Positions 1 through 9,196 of a stretch of 64,000 nt of DNA are shown here, piece by piece (the stretch's first letter is position 1; each line of letters opens with the position of its first letter). Source of the DNA: Trueperaceae bacterium (GTDB taxonomy: Bacteria; Deinococcota; Deinococci; Deinococcales; Trueperaceae); assembly GCA_034521815.1 (NCBI GenBank), contig JAXHLW010000013.1, positions 1,792,001-1,856,000 on the forward strand, given 5' to 3'. The notes beneath the pieces were generated by a model, which saw only the letters and a list, made by a program, of their open reading frames with translations, made no database searches and was not told where the DNA came from. A program made the position numbers and the translations under genes.

Positions 1-647
1 TCCAAGCGGCCGCCGCCACCCGGCACCGCCCGGCTCTCGGCCCAGACCGCCACGCCCTCGAGCAGCCACATCGGCGGAGGCCACGGCAGGTCGGCGCCCA
101 CGATGCCGGTGCGCACGGGGAGCGACCCCGGGCGGCCCCCGAAGTGCACGGCGTGGATCATCTCGTGGACGAGGAGCAGCTGAAGCGGATCGGGCGCGCT
201 GGAGCCCACCTCGCCCGGCCACGGCGGCTGCAAAGGAACGGTGACGACCGGTCCGCCCAGCGGGTCCACCCAGGCGTTGTACACGTCGTCGTCGCCTTGG
301 ATCACGACGGTCACGTCGGGTGCAGGGACGGCGAAGAACGCGGCCGCCGTCGACAGCGCGGCCTCCGCACGGCGAGCCAGCTCGTGGATCCTGCCCAGCG
401 AGGCGGCGTCCGGCACGATCACCGTCACGCGACCGACGTCCAGCACCCAGGGCTGGCCAGGCGCCGCCTCCGGCCTAAGGTGCTCGCCGGCCGGGGCCGG
501 CCCGTTCGCGGCGAGAGCCGACCCTGCGAGGACGACCAGCACCACGAGGATCGCGACGCGAGCGGCTCGAGCGACCGCGGGAGCGACCGCCGGGTCGACC
601 GCGGCTTCCATCGCGAGCCAGGGCTCGTGCCGACCCCGAACGATCAC
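1..647 (-). CDS. Secreted zinc metallopeptidase-like protein (HExxH, peptidase MA-like), runs off the left window edge
   Basis: Not in the ORF track; translated by hand. GTG at 647 overlaps the upstream TGA (alternative ATG at 611). Signal-like ILVVLVVLAGSALA, then YNAWVDP, LLLVHEMIHAVH (HExxH) and PMWLLEGVAVWAES. Frame is open to position 3. Confidence 0.7.
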   Translation of the reverse strand, partial: MIVRGRHEPWLAMEAAVDPAVAPAVARAARVAILVVLVVLAGSALAANGPAPAGEHLRPEAAPGQPWVLDVGRVTVIVPDAASLGRIHELARRAEAALSTAAAFFAVPAPDVTVVIQGDDDVYNAWVDPLGGPVVTVPLQPPWPGEVGSSAPDPLQLLLVHEMIHAVHFGGRPGSLPVRTGIVGADLPWPPPMWLLEGVAVWAESRAVPGGGGRL

Positions 648-2407
648 TGGAGCAGACGCGCGCCCAGCCACTCGCTGACGAGGTCCAGCAGCTCGGGAGC
701 CACGGTGGTCCGGATGGTGCCGTACTCGTCCAGCCCTCCGACCCGCGCCGGCTGCATCAGGTGGTTCAGCCCGCTCAGGGTGACCACCGTGGTGTCGTCC
801 ACGCCCGCCTCGCGCAGCGCTGCCCGCATCGCGCCCTCGTTCTGCACGGCGGGCACCTGCACGTCCTGACGCCCGAAGACCGCCAGGGTAGGCACGTCGA
901 CGTCGCGCAACACCGGTCCGGGCTGGGCCAGCAGGAAGTCGCGGAAGGTCGGCGTGACGACGGTCTCGACCTGCGCCGCCACGTACCGCTCGCGCGCGGC
1001 GCCGCTGGGGGCCTCGCTCTCGGGAAGCGCGGCCAGCTGCTCATCGACGCGTGCGCGGGTCAACCGTTGCGCCTCGTCCGTATCGCCGTCCGACAGGGCC
1101 GCATGCAGCGCCCGCAAGTACCTGATCTGCGCATCGACCTCGTCCTCGCCGGCCCCGCGTTGCCCGAGGATCAGGCGATTCTGCAGCTCCAGCACGTCCA
1201 GACCGGACACGGCGGGAGCGGCCAGGAGCACCATCGCCGCCACCGGGGCGTCCCCCGTCACGACGAGGGGCGCCACCAAGCCACCCTCGCTATGGCCCAG
1301 CACGGCGATGCGACGCACGTCGACGTCCTCGCGACCGGCCAGGAACGTCACGGCCGCGGCAGCGTCCGTCGCCAGACCGTCCAGTCCTGCAGCACCCAGG
1401 CTGCCCTCGCTGCCACCCACGCCGCGGTCGTCCCAGCGCAGCGATCCCAGCCCGCTGCGCGCCAATCGGTCGGCCAGCACCGCCATCGTGGGGTGGCCCA
1501 GCACCGTGCCGTCGCGATCCTGCGCGCCCGACCCGTTCAGCAGCACCACGACCGGGAACGGTCCCGGCCCCTCGGGCAACGTCAGCGTGCCGGCCAGCGT
1601 GCCGGCGTCGCCGTCGAACGTCACCTCGTGCGTGGCGTACGGGAACGGAGGGGTGGGCGCTTGCGGCCGCTCGACGTTTCCGTCCGCCTCGTCGCCCTCG
1701 CGCACGAAGGTGAGCGGGAAGGTGACGCCCTCCTGCTGGAACGTTCCCCTCAAGGCTCCGTCCTCGAGCCGCAAGCCCAGCCTGGCGTCCGCGGGAAGCG
1801 CGGGAATGCTCAGCGTCACCGCCCCGTTCACCGCCGCGAGCGGCCTGGCTTCCAGCCCGGTCAGGCCCTGACTGGGCAGGTCCACGGTGCCTCGCAGCCT
1901 GCCGTCCTCGGAGGTCAGGTTCAGCACCAGGGGAAGCGGCGCGCGCTCGGGAGCGAGAACGCCGCGCCAGCTTCCGACCCAGCCGGACGGCGTCCGAACC
2001 GTCGGCGCGTCGCCGGCCCGCTGCAGCTCGAACGGGACCGACGCGCTTCCCTGGACGAAGTCGCCCTCGATCTCGTCGTCCCCGCGGAGCCGTCCCTCGA
2101 ACGTGGGCGAGGAAGGCAACGTCGGCGCGGTGAAGCGGACGGCGCCGTCGGCGCTCGTCTCGATCTGGTCGAGGGGCAGCTCGAACGCGCCCTGAAGCGG
2201 GACGTCGATCTCGCCGGTCAGGCCCGCGGGGCCGTCCTCGAATCGGACGCGAACGTACAGGTCGAGGTCGGACGGGTCGATGGAGCCTTCCCAGCCGCCG
2301 CGCAGCGCACGGTCTTGCGCAGGGTCTTGCGCCGGGGCTTGCGCTGCTGCCGCGGCCAGCAGCGAGGCCGTGGCGGCGAACAGGAGCACGAATACGATGC
2401 GTCTCAT
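644..2407 (-). CDS. Secreted alpha/beta-fold hydrolase with two N-terminal beta-rich repeat domains
   Basis: Signal peptide MRRIVFVLLFAATASLLAAAAAQA; GSGAQDRD, GHSEGG nucleophile elbow, DVQVP, LNHLMQ. Start trimmed to ATG 2407. Confidence 0.85.
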   Translation of the reverse strand: MRRIVFVLLFAATASLLAAAAAQAPAQDPAQDRALRGGWEGSIDPSDLDLYVRVRFEDGPAGLTGEIDVPLQGAFELPLDQIETSADGAVRFTAPTLPSSPTFEGRLRGDDEIEGDFVQGSASVPFELQRAGDAPTVRTPSGWVGSWRGVLAPERAPLPLVLNLTSEDGRLRGTVDLPSQGLTGLEARPLAAVNGAVTLSIPALPADARLGLRLEDGALRGTFQQEGVTFPLTFVREGDEADGNVERPQAPTPPFPYATHEVTFDGDAGTLAGTLTLPEGPGPFPVVVLLNGSGAQDRDGTVLGHPTMAVLADRLARSGLGSLRWDDRGVGGSEGSLGAAGLDGLATDAAAAVTFLAGREDVDVRRIAVLGHSEGGLVAPLVVTGDAPVAAMVLLAAPAVSGLDVLELQNRLILGQRGAGEDEVDAQIRYLRALHAALSDGDTDEAQRLTRARVDEQLAALPESEAPSGAARERYVAAQVETVVTPTFRDFLLAQPGPVLRDVDVPTLAVFGRQDVQVPAVQNEGAMRAALREAGVDDTTVVTLSGLNHLMQPARVGGLDEYGTIRTTVAPELLDLVSEWLGARLLQ

Positions 2408-2488
2408 GCCCCCCATCATGCCCGTCTCGCGGCGGAGCACCGCGTCGCGACCGACGTCCCGGAGCGCGCCACGGGTACCATGCCGGCG

Positions 2489-3502
2489 ATGCCCGTTCAC
2501 GTCGTCGACAAGCCGCTGGGCCCCACCTCGCACGACGTCGTGGCGCGTGCTCGCCGCCTGCTGAAGACGCGCAGGGTCGGCCACGCGGGAACCCTCGATC
2601 CGCTGGCCACCGGCGTCCTGCTGGTGCTATCAGGCGACGCCACGAAGCTCTCGACCTGGCTGACGGGCTCCGACAAGACGTACCTGGCCTGGATCGCGTT
2701 CGGTGGCGCGACGCCCACCTGGGACGCCGAGGGGCCGATCGTGGAGCGGGGCGACACGGGGTCGCTGGACGAGGACGCGATCCGGAACGCCTTCGCGCCG
2801 TTCCTGGAGCTCTCCGAGCAGGTCCCCCCGCGCTTCAGCGCGATCAAGACCGGCGGCGAGGCCGCGTACCGCGCCGCGCGGCGTGGCGACGAGGAGGTGA
2901 CGCCGTTGCCCGCCCGGCCGGCCGCGTATCGCGGCATCGAGCTGCTCGGGTTCGGCGACCGCGACGCGCTTCCCGGCCGGTTCGGGCCGACGCTCGACGG
3001 CTGGCGGCCGGATCCCGCCGGTCGCACCTTCGACCTTCCGCCTCCGCTGGAGCCGCTGCCGGTCGCCCTGGTGTCGGTCGAGGTCGCGGCCGGCACGTAC
3101 GTCCGGGCGTTCGCGCGCGACCTGGGCGAGGCGCTGGGCGTGCCGGCGCACCTCGCGGGCCTGGTCCGGACGCGCGTGGGCACCTCGCGGCTCGAGGACG
3201 CCGTGCCCCTCGACGCGATCGCCGACCGACCCGGGGTGGCGGAGGCGGACGCGTTGCCCATGCCCTCCGTCCGCCTGAGCACGACCGATGCGGCCCGCGT
3301 GCGTCAGGGACAGCGGCTCCCGGTGGGCACGGTGCCGGGCGAGGGCGTGGTCGCGCTGCTCGATCCGGACGGACGCCTGGCGGCGGTGGCGGACCTCGAC
3401 CCCAGCGGCATGCGGCTTCTGCGGGTCTGGCACGTTCCGGCGTCCGGAGACGACCCCGGAGACACCGCGACACCGGCCGCGGACGATGCGAGCGCTGGCT
3501 AG
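2489..3502 (+). CDS. truB: tRNA pseudouridine(55) synthase
   Basis: VDKPLGPTSHDVV, GHAGTLDPLATG, QVPPRFSAIK, GTYVRAFARDLG; TACCAT -10 box 7 nt before the ATG. Confidence 0.95.
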   Translation: MPVHVVDKPLGPTSHDVVARARRLLKTRRVGHAGTLDPLATGVLLVLSGDATKLSTWLTGSDKTYLAWIAFGGATPTWDAEGPIVERGDTGSLDEDAIRNAFAPFLELSEQVPPRFSAIKTGGEAAYRAARRGDEEVTPLPARPAAYRGIELLGFGDRDALPGRFGPTLDGWRPDPAGRTFDLPPPLEPLPVALVSVEVAAGTYVRAFARDLGEALGVPAHLAGLVRTRVGTSRLEDAVPLDAIADRPGVAEADALPMPSVRLSTTDAARVRQGQRLPVGTVPGEGVVALLDPDGRLAAVADLDPSGMRLLRVWHVPASGDDPGDTATPAADDASAG

Positions 3503-3584
3503 ACTGGTGGGAGGCACCTTCGACCCGATCTCTCGACCTCTTCTTTCGACCGTGCGCCGCTTTCGGCGAGTTGGAGCGACACCG

Positions 3585-4697
3585 ATGGACATCGGCATTC
3601 CCAAGGAGACGAAGCGTCACGAGTACCGCGTGGCGGCCACCCCGGCCGCCGTTCGCACGTTGACCGTGGCCGGGCACGACGTGCGCGTGGAGGCCGGCGC
3701 CGGCGTGGGCAGCGGATTCCCCGACGACGACTACCGCAGCGTCGGCGCGCGCATCGTGCCCGACGCCGCTACGGCGTGGGCGGCGGCGCTGGTCTTGAAG
3801 GTCAAGGAGCCCGTTCCGTCCGAGTACGGCTTCCTTCGCGACGATCTGATCCTGTTCACCTACCTTCATCTCGCGGCCGACCGCGAGCTGACCGACGCCC
3901 TGATCGAGGCGGGCACCACCGCGATCGCCTACGAGACGGTCGAGGGTCGGCATGGCGGTCTGCCGCTGTTGACGCCGATGAGCGAGGTGGCCGGCCGCAT
4001 GGCGCCGCAGGTGGGCGCGTACCACCTCGAGCGCTTCCTGGGCGGGCGCGGCGTGCTGCTCGGCGGCGTTCCCGGCGTCGCCGCGGGCGAGGTCGTCATC
4101 CTGGGTGGTGGCGTGGTGGGCATCAACGCCGCGAAGATGGCGGCGGGGTTGGGCGCCCGCGTCACGCTGCTCGACGTGGACCACCGCCGGCTGCAGTACC
4201 TCGACGACGTGTTCGGCGGACGGGTCGAGACGGTGATGAGCAACGTCGGCACCGTCTCGACGGCGGCCGCGCGGGCGGACCTGCTGATCGGCGCGGTGCT
4301 GATCCCCGGCGCCCGGGCGCCGATGCTGATCCCGCGCGGGCTGCTGGGCGAGATGCGGCCCGGCAGCGTGATCGTCGACGTCGCCGTGGATCAGGGCGGC
4401 TGCGTCGAGACGATCCACGCCACCACGCACGACGAGCCGACGTACGTCGTGGACGGCGTGGTGCACTACGGCGTCGCGAACATGCCCGGCGCGGTGCCGA
4501 ACACCAGCACGCGGGCGCTCAGCTACCAGACGCTGCCGTACGCCGAGCGGCTCGCGAACCGAGGTCTGAACGTGCTGCTGGACGATCCAGGCTTCCTCAG
4601 CGGGCTGAACGTGCATCGTGGCCAGGTGACGTACCCGGCGGTGGGCGAGGCGTTCGAGCTGGACGTCGTGGACCCGGCCACGGCGCTGGGGGCGTGA
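3585..4697 (+). CDS. ald: Alanine dehydrogenase
   Basis: MDIGIPKETKRHEYRVA, KVKEP, FTYLHLA, GGGVVG, DVAVDQGGC, HYGVANMPGAVP; GGAG RBS. Confidence 0.96.
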   Translation: MDIGIPKETKRHEYRVAATPAAVRTLTVAGHDVRVEAGAGVGSGFPDDDYRSVGARIVPDAATAWAAALVLKVKEPVPSEYGFLRDDLILFTYLHLAADRELTDALIEAGTTAIAYETVEGRHGGLPLLTPMSEVAGRMAPQVGAYHLERFLGGRGVLLGGVPGVAAGEVVILGGGVVGINAAKMAAGLGARVTLLDVDHRRLQYLDDVFGGRVETVMSNVGTVSTAAARADLLIGAVLIPGARAPMLIPRGLLGEMRPGSVIVDVAVDQGGCVETIHATTHDEPTYVVDGVVHYGVANMPGAVPNTSTRALSYQTLPYAERLANRGLNVLLDDPGFLSGLNVHRGQVTYPAVGEAFELDVVDPATALGA

Positions 4698-4701
4698 GCC
4701 C

Positions 4702-5301
4702 TCAACGCATCTTGGCCAGAGCCTTGCGGATCAGCGTCTCGGCGTCGGCGTCGGGCTGATCCCCGGTCAGCTCCGACACGGTCGCCTTGACGGACGCTTC
4801 GCGGTAGCCCAGCGCGATCAGCGCGTCGACGGCGTCCTGGGCCTCGGCCCCGAACCCCGAGCGGGGGGCGGGCCGTTCGCCGTCGGCCGGCAAAAGCAGG
4901 TCGTCCGGCATCCGCGACTTGAGGTCCAACACGATGCGCTCCGCGGTGCGCTTGCCCACCCCGGGCGCAGCGGCCAGGAGTGCGGGATCGTCGTTCACCA
5001 CGGCGCTCGCGATCACCTGGAGCGGCAGGTGCGAGAGCACCGCCAGCGCCAGCTTGGGCCCCACGCCGCTCACGCCCAGCAGCAGCCGGAACAGCCTGAG
5101 GCCGACCTCGTCGCCGAAGCCGTAGAGCGTCCAGGCGTCCTCGCGCACCACGAGGTGGGTGTGAAGCCGAACGGACTGGCCGACGCGGGCCGTCGCCGTC
5201 GTCGACGCGGGGGTGAGCGCCTCGACGCCCCACGCGCCGGCCCGGATCACGAGCGAGCCGATCCGGATCTCCTCGACGACCCCTTCGACGAACGCGATCA
5301 C
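4702..5301 (-). CDS. ruvA: Holliday junction branch migration protein RuvA
   Basis: GTG start (MIAFVEG); LHTHLVVREDAWTLYGF, VSGVGPKLAL, PGVGKRTAERIVLDLK, ALIALGY. Confidence 0.95.
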   Translation of the reverse strand: MIAFVEGVVEEIRIGSLVIRAGAWGVEALTPASTTATARVGQSVRLHTHLVVREDAWTLYGFGDEVGLRLFRLLLGVSGVGPKLALAVLSHLPLQVIASAVVNDDPALLAAAPGVGKRTAERIVLDLKSRMPDDLLLPADGERPAPRSGFGAEAQDAVDALIALGYREASVKATVSELTGDQPDADAETLIRKALAKMR

Positions 5302-6080
5302 CCGCTCTCCTCCCAGAGCGGTGCGAACAACGCCTCGTACCCGATGTCCTCGAGCGTCGCGCAGCCGGTCGTCCGCATCGCGTACGCCAGCTCGGCGGCC
5401 AGGCGGCGAGGCTCGATCCCGGGGTCGGGCAGCACCGCCTCGGCGCCCAGCGCCAGGTAGCGGAACAGGTCCACGCCGCCGCGGACCGGTCCCCCCACGT
5501 ACACCCCCAGCATGCCCGCCACGGTGTCGAGAATCTCGGGCAGCACCTCCGCCACGGCGGGACCTCCGAGGTGGCGCCCCGCGGCCGATCGGACGACGAC
5601 GCCGTCCAGCCCGGCCTCGGCCGCGACCTCGGCGTCCGCGGGACTGGCGATGCCGTCCAGCCACAGCGGCCGTCCCGCGGCGGCGCGAAGCTCGGCGAGC
5701 TCCTCTCGCCGACGCGGCCGCCAGACCACCTCGCCGAACGGCGGCCCGTCGACCAGGGGCGTGAGGTCCAGCAGCACGCCGGCCGGCTCCAGCGCGCCCA
5801 GGCGGCGAGCCTGAGGCACGAGGTCGGCCATCCGTCCCGCCTCGATCCGGATCAGGAACCCGGCGGCCTGCGCCGGTCCGTTTCCCTCGGGCCAGTCGTC
5901 CGCGTCGATCCGCGCCAGCGGCCAGGGAGGAGGCGCGTCGCGCCACGACTCGACCAGCGGGACGATCGGGGCGGGCAGACTCCGATCGAGCAGGCGGAGG
6001 CTCGCGTCCGGCCGCTCCACCCCGTGGAGGAGCCGGGGGAGCAGCGGATGCGCGTCGAGGGCGGCGAGGTCGCGATCCAC
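5298..6080 (-). CDS. Degenerate FMN-dependent alpha-hydroxy-acid oxidase-like protein (probable pseudoenzyme)
   Basis: Fold-like motifs LLPRLLHGV, PLWLDGI, GLDGVVVRSAAGRHLG, VRGGVDLFRYLALGAEAV and ELAYAMRTTGCATL, but the key Lys/His residues are replaced. Confidence 0.7.
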   Translation of the reverse strand: MDRDLAALDAHPLLPRLLHGVERPDASLRLLDRSLPAPIVPLVESWRDAPPPWPLARIDADDWPEGNGPAQAAGFLIRIEAGRMADLVPQARRLGALEPAGVLLDLTPLVDGPPFGEVVWRPRRREELAELRAAAGRPLWLDGIASPADAEVAAEAGLDGVVVRSAAGRHLGGPAVAEVLPEILDTVAGMLGVYVGGPVRGGVDLFRYLALGAEAVLPDPGIEPRRLAAELAYAMRTTGCATLEDIGYEALFAPLWEESG

Positions 6081-6158
6081 GCCGCCATGCTACCGCGGCC
6101 CGCGCCGTCCGCCGTGGCGGCCTGGGGGGCGCTCTTGGCTGCGCGGTAGAGTCCCGGC

Positions 6159-6974
6159 ATGATTCGTGCGCACGGCCTTCGCAAATCGTTCGCCGGCGTC
6201 GAGGCCGTTCGGGACGTAGGCTTCGAGGTGCAGGCGGGAACCATCTTCGGTCTTCTGGGGCCCAACGGCGCGGGCAAGACCACGACGCTGAGGATCCTGG
6301 CCACGTTGATCGCGCCCGACGACGGCAGCGCCGAGGTGGCCGGCTTCGACGTGCTGCTGCAGGGCGAGGAGGTCCGGCGCCGCATCGGCGTGGTGAACGG
6401 CGGCATGGGCCTGTACGACCGCCTCACCGGCCGGGAGACGCTGCACTGGTTCGGCGGGCTGTACGGCATGAGCGCAGCCGCGATCGAGGCGCGGATCGAG
6501 GAGCTCGATGGGCTGCTCGATCTGGGCGACACCCTGCACCGCCGCTGCGGCGACTTCTCGACCGGCATGAAGCAGAAGATCGTGGTCGCGCGCGCGGTCG
6601 TGCACGACCCGCCCGTCCTGTTCTTCGACGAGGCCACCAGCGGCCTGGACGTCCTGGCCAGGCGAGCGGTGCTGGACTTCGCGCGCGCCGCGACGGGAGG
6701 GGAGCGGGCGGTGGTCTGGTCCACGCACGTGATGAGCGAGGCCGAGGAGCTGTGCGACCGGGTGGGCGTGATCCACCGTGGGCGCTGGATCGGCGAGGGC
6801 ACGGTCGACGAGCTGAAACAGCGGGCAGGGGGAGCGCGCGACCTCGAAGCGGCGTTCTTCGGGCTGGTGCGGGACGCGGGCGCGCTGGACGCGGACGCAC
6901 GGGGCGCGGGCGCACGGGACGCGAGAAGCGACGCCGCGACCGCTGCCGGCGGCCACGAAGGGCGCCGACCGTGA
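6159..6974 (+). CDS. ABC transporter ATP-binding protein (NatA-like Na+ export family)
   Basis: GPNGAGKTT Walker A, FSTGMKQK signature, FFDEATSGLD, STH switch. Confidence 0.9.
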   Translation: MIRAHGLRKSFAGVEAVRDVGFEVQAGTIFGLLGPNGAGKTTTLRILATLIAPDDGSAEVAGFDVLLQGEEVRRRIGVVNGGMGLYDRLTGRETLHWFGGLYGMSAAAIEARIEELDGLLDLGDTLHRRCGDFSTGMKQKIVVARAVVHDPPVLFFDEATSGLDVLARRAVLDFARAATGGERAVVWSTHVMSEAEELCDRVGVIHRGRWIGEGTVDELKQRAGGARDLEAAFFGLVRDAGALDADARGAGARDARSDAATAAGGHEGRRP

Positions 6975-8197
6975 GACCGGCGATGGCGTGGGCGGTGGCC
7001 CGCAAGGACGTGCTGACCACCTTGCGCGATCGCAGGGCGATCATCAGCAACCTGCTGATCCCGGTGCTGCTGCTGCCGACGATCATGCTGGGGCTGCCCC
7101 TCCTCCTCGGCGGGCTGTTCCAACGCGAGCAGGCGTCGCTCACCCAGGTCGCGGTCGAGGGCCAGGCGTTCCTGCCCGACGCGCTTCGGTCCGCCCTCGA
7201 AGCGGAACGTGTCGAGCTGATCGCGGTCGACGACGCGCTGGGGCAGGTCCGCGACGACGACGTCGCGGTGGCGCTGCAGGTGCCCGAGGGCTTCGCCGAG
7301 GAGGTGACGGCGGGCGACGTCCCGAGGCTGCGCCTGCTACGAAAGACCGGGAACCTGGAGAGCGAGCTGGCCGCAGGCAAGGTGACCCAGGCGATCGAGT
7401 CGTACCGCCAAGACCTCGTCGCCGAGAGGCTACGGAGCGCGGGCGTCGATCCCGCCGTGCTGGAGCCGCTGACGGTCGAGACCCGCGACGCCAGCCGGCC
7501 TCAGGAACGGAGCAGCGGTCAGCTCTCCTGGCTGATTCCGTTCTTCATCGCCATCTGGGCCCTCGCCGGGGGGCAGATGACGGCGCTGGACGCCACGGCC
7601 GGCGAGAAGGAGCGCGGCACGCTGGAGGCGCTGCTGGTCGCGCCGGTGCGACGCTCCGAAGTGGTCGTCGGCAAGTTCGTCGCCACGCTGCTGTCCGGGC
7701 TCAGCGCGGCGTTCATGGCGATCGTGGGCGTCCTCGTCGGAGGCATGCTGCTCAGAGGCGTATTCCTGCCGCGGCTGGGCGACGAGGCCAGGGAGATGGC
7801 CGCGACGATGGGCGGATCGCTGTCGATCGGTGCGGACGGCATCTGGATCCTGCTGGGCAGCGCGCTGCTGACCGCCGCCGCCGTCGCGGCGATGCTGATC
7901 GCGGTCGCGATGTTCGCGCGCTCGTTCAAGGAGGCGCAGACGTACGTGGCGCCGATGACGTTCCTGTTGATCCTGCCCGCCATGGCGCTGCAGTTCTCCG
8001 ACCTGCTCGACCTGGGGAGCGGAATCTACCTGGTGCCGCTCGTGAACGTGATGGTGCTCATGGACGACGTGCTGGGCGGGGCCGTGGCCGGCACGGACGT
8101 GCTGGCCGCCTGGGGAACGATGCTGGCGTTCGTCGGCGTGCTCCTGGCGTTCGCGCTCCGCAGCTTCCGTCGCGAAGGGGTCATCTTCCGGACGTGA
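6971..8197 (+). CDS. ABC-2 type permease (NatB-like)
   Basis: GTGA overlap with the ATPase gene; DATAGEKERGTLEALLVAPV, ARSFKEAQTY; multiple TM segments. Confidence 0.88.
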   Translation: MRPAMAWAVARKDVLTTLRDRRAIISNLLIPVLLLPTIMLGLPLLLGGLFQREQASLTQVAVEGQAFLPDALRSALEAERVELIAVDDALGQVRDDDVAVALQVPEGFAEEVTAGDVPRLRLLRKTGNLESELAAGKVTQAIESYRQDLVAERLRSAGVDPAVLEPLTVETRDASRPQERSSGQLSWLIPFFIAIWALAGGQMTALDATAGEKERGTLEALLVAPVRRSEVVVGKFVATLLSGLSAAFMAIVGVLVGGMLLRGVFLPRLGDEAREMAATMGGSLSIGADGIWILLGSALLTAAAVAAMLIAVAMFARSFKEAQTYVAPMTFLLILPAMALQFSDLLDLGSGIYLVPLVNVMVLMDDVLGGAVAGTDVLAAWGTMLAFVGVLLAFALRSFRREGVIFRT

Positions 8198-9113
8198 GCG
8201 AGGTGGACACGGCGTCGACGGCAGGTGGCGGGTCCGCCGCCGGGGGCCGCCGGGCGCTTCCGGTCACGCTCAGCAGCGCCACCCCGGCCAGCACCAGACC
8301 CACCCCGCTGAGCTGGACGGGCGAGGGCGCCTCGGACAGGAGCCACCACGCCCAGACGACGGTCAGCACCGGCTGCATCAGCAGGATCACCGAGGTCTCG
8401 AGGGCGGGCAGCCTGGGGAGCGCGTAGAGGATCAGGAGCCAGCCGATCGTCTGCGGCCCCACGCCGGTGAGAAGCAGCCAGCCGTGCTCGGGCCAGGTCG
8501 GCGTCAGCGCGAAGCCGGGATCGGTCGTCAGACCCGCGATCAGCGTGACGACGGCCGCGCCCAGCGTGGCGTCCGCCAACGGCCCTGCCGAGACGCGCCG
8601 CCCCCGCCCCAACGCGCGGAACAACAGCAGGAACGCCGCGTAGGCGACGCCGTTCATCAGGCCGAACGCGACCCCCCGCAGCGGAGCATCGCCGTACGCG
8701 GCGCCTCCGCCCAGCCCGCTGGTCGCGACGGCCCCGGCGAACACCACCGGAACCGCCACCATCGCCACGCGGGTCGGCCGCTCGCCGTGCAGGAGCCAGG
8801 CGGCGAGCCCCACGAACACCACCTGCGTGTTGCCCAGCACGGTCGAGAGTCCGGCCCCGATCGCGACGATCGCATGGTTCCAGAGCGTGAACGCGAGGCC
8901 CATCAACCCGCCTGCGATCAGGGCGTTCCAGCGCTCGCGCGCGCCCCGTCGCGACGTGCCCCGCTGCAGCAGCGCGATGGCGACGAGGAACGGTAGCCCG
9001 TAGGCGGGCCGGAAGAACGCGGCGGTGGAGGGGCTCACCTCGGCGAGTCGGACCAGGATCGCCGAGAACGAGATCGTGATCGCGCCGAGCAGGGCGAGCG
9101 AGCGGGCGGCCAT
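8181..9113 (-). CDS. DMT/EamA family transporter
   Basis: About 10 hydrophobic helices; ISFSAILVR, LMQPVLTVVWAWWLLSE. Confidence 0.88.
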   Translation of the reverse strand: MAARSLALLGAITISFSAILVRLAEVSPSTAAFFRPAYGLPFLVAIALLQRGTSRRGARERWNALIAGGLMGLAFTLWNHAIVAIGAGLSTVLGNTQVVFVGLAAWLLHGERPTRVAMVAVPVVFAGAVATSGLGGGAAYGDAPLRGVAFGLMNGVAYAAFLLLFRALGRGRRVSAGPLADATLGAAVVTLIAGLTTDPGFALTPTWPEHGWLLLTGVGPQTIGWLLILYALPRLPALETSVILLMQPVLTVVWAWWLLSEAPSPVQLSGVGLVLAGVALLSVTGSARRPPAADPPPAVDAVSTSLTSGR

Positions 9114-9196
9114 GCCCGCTATGCTCGCACGCCGGACGGCTGCGAGGGCCCGCCGTGCCGACGCGGACCGGGACGCTTCCTGGTACTGTCATCGGC

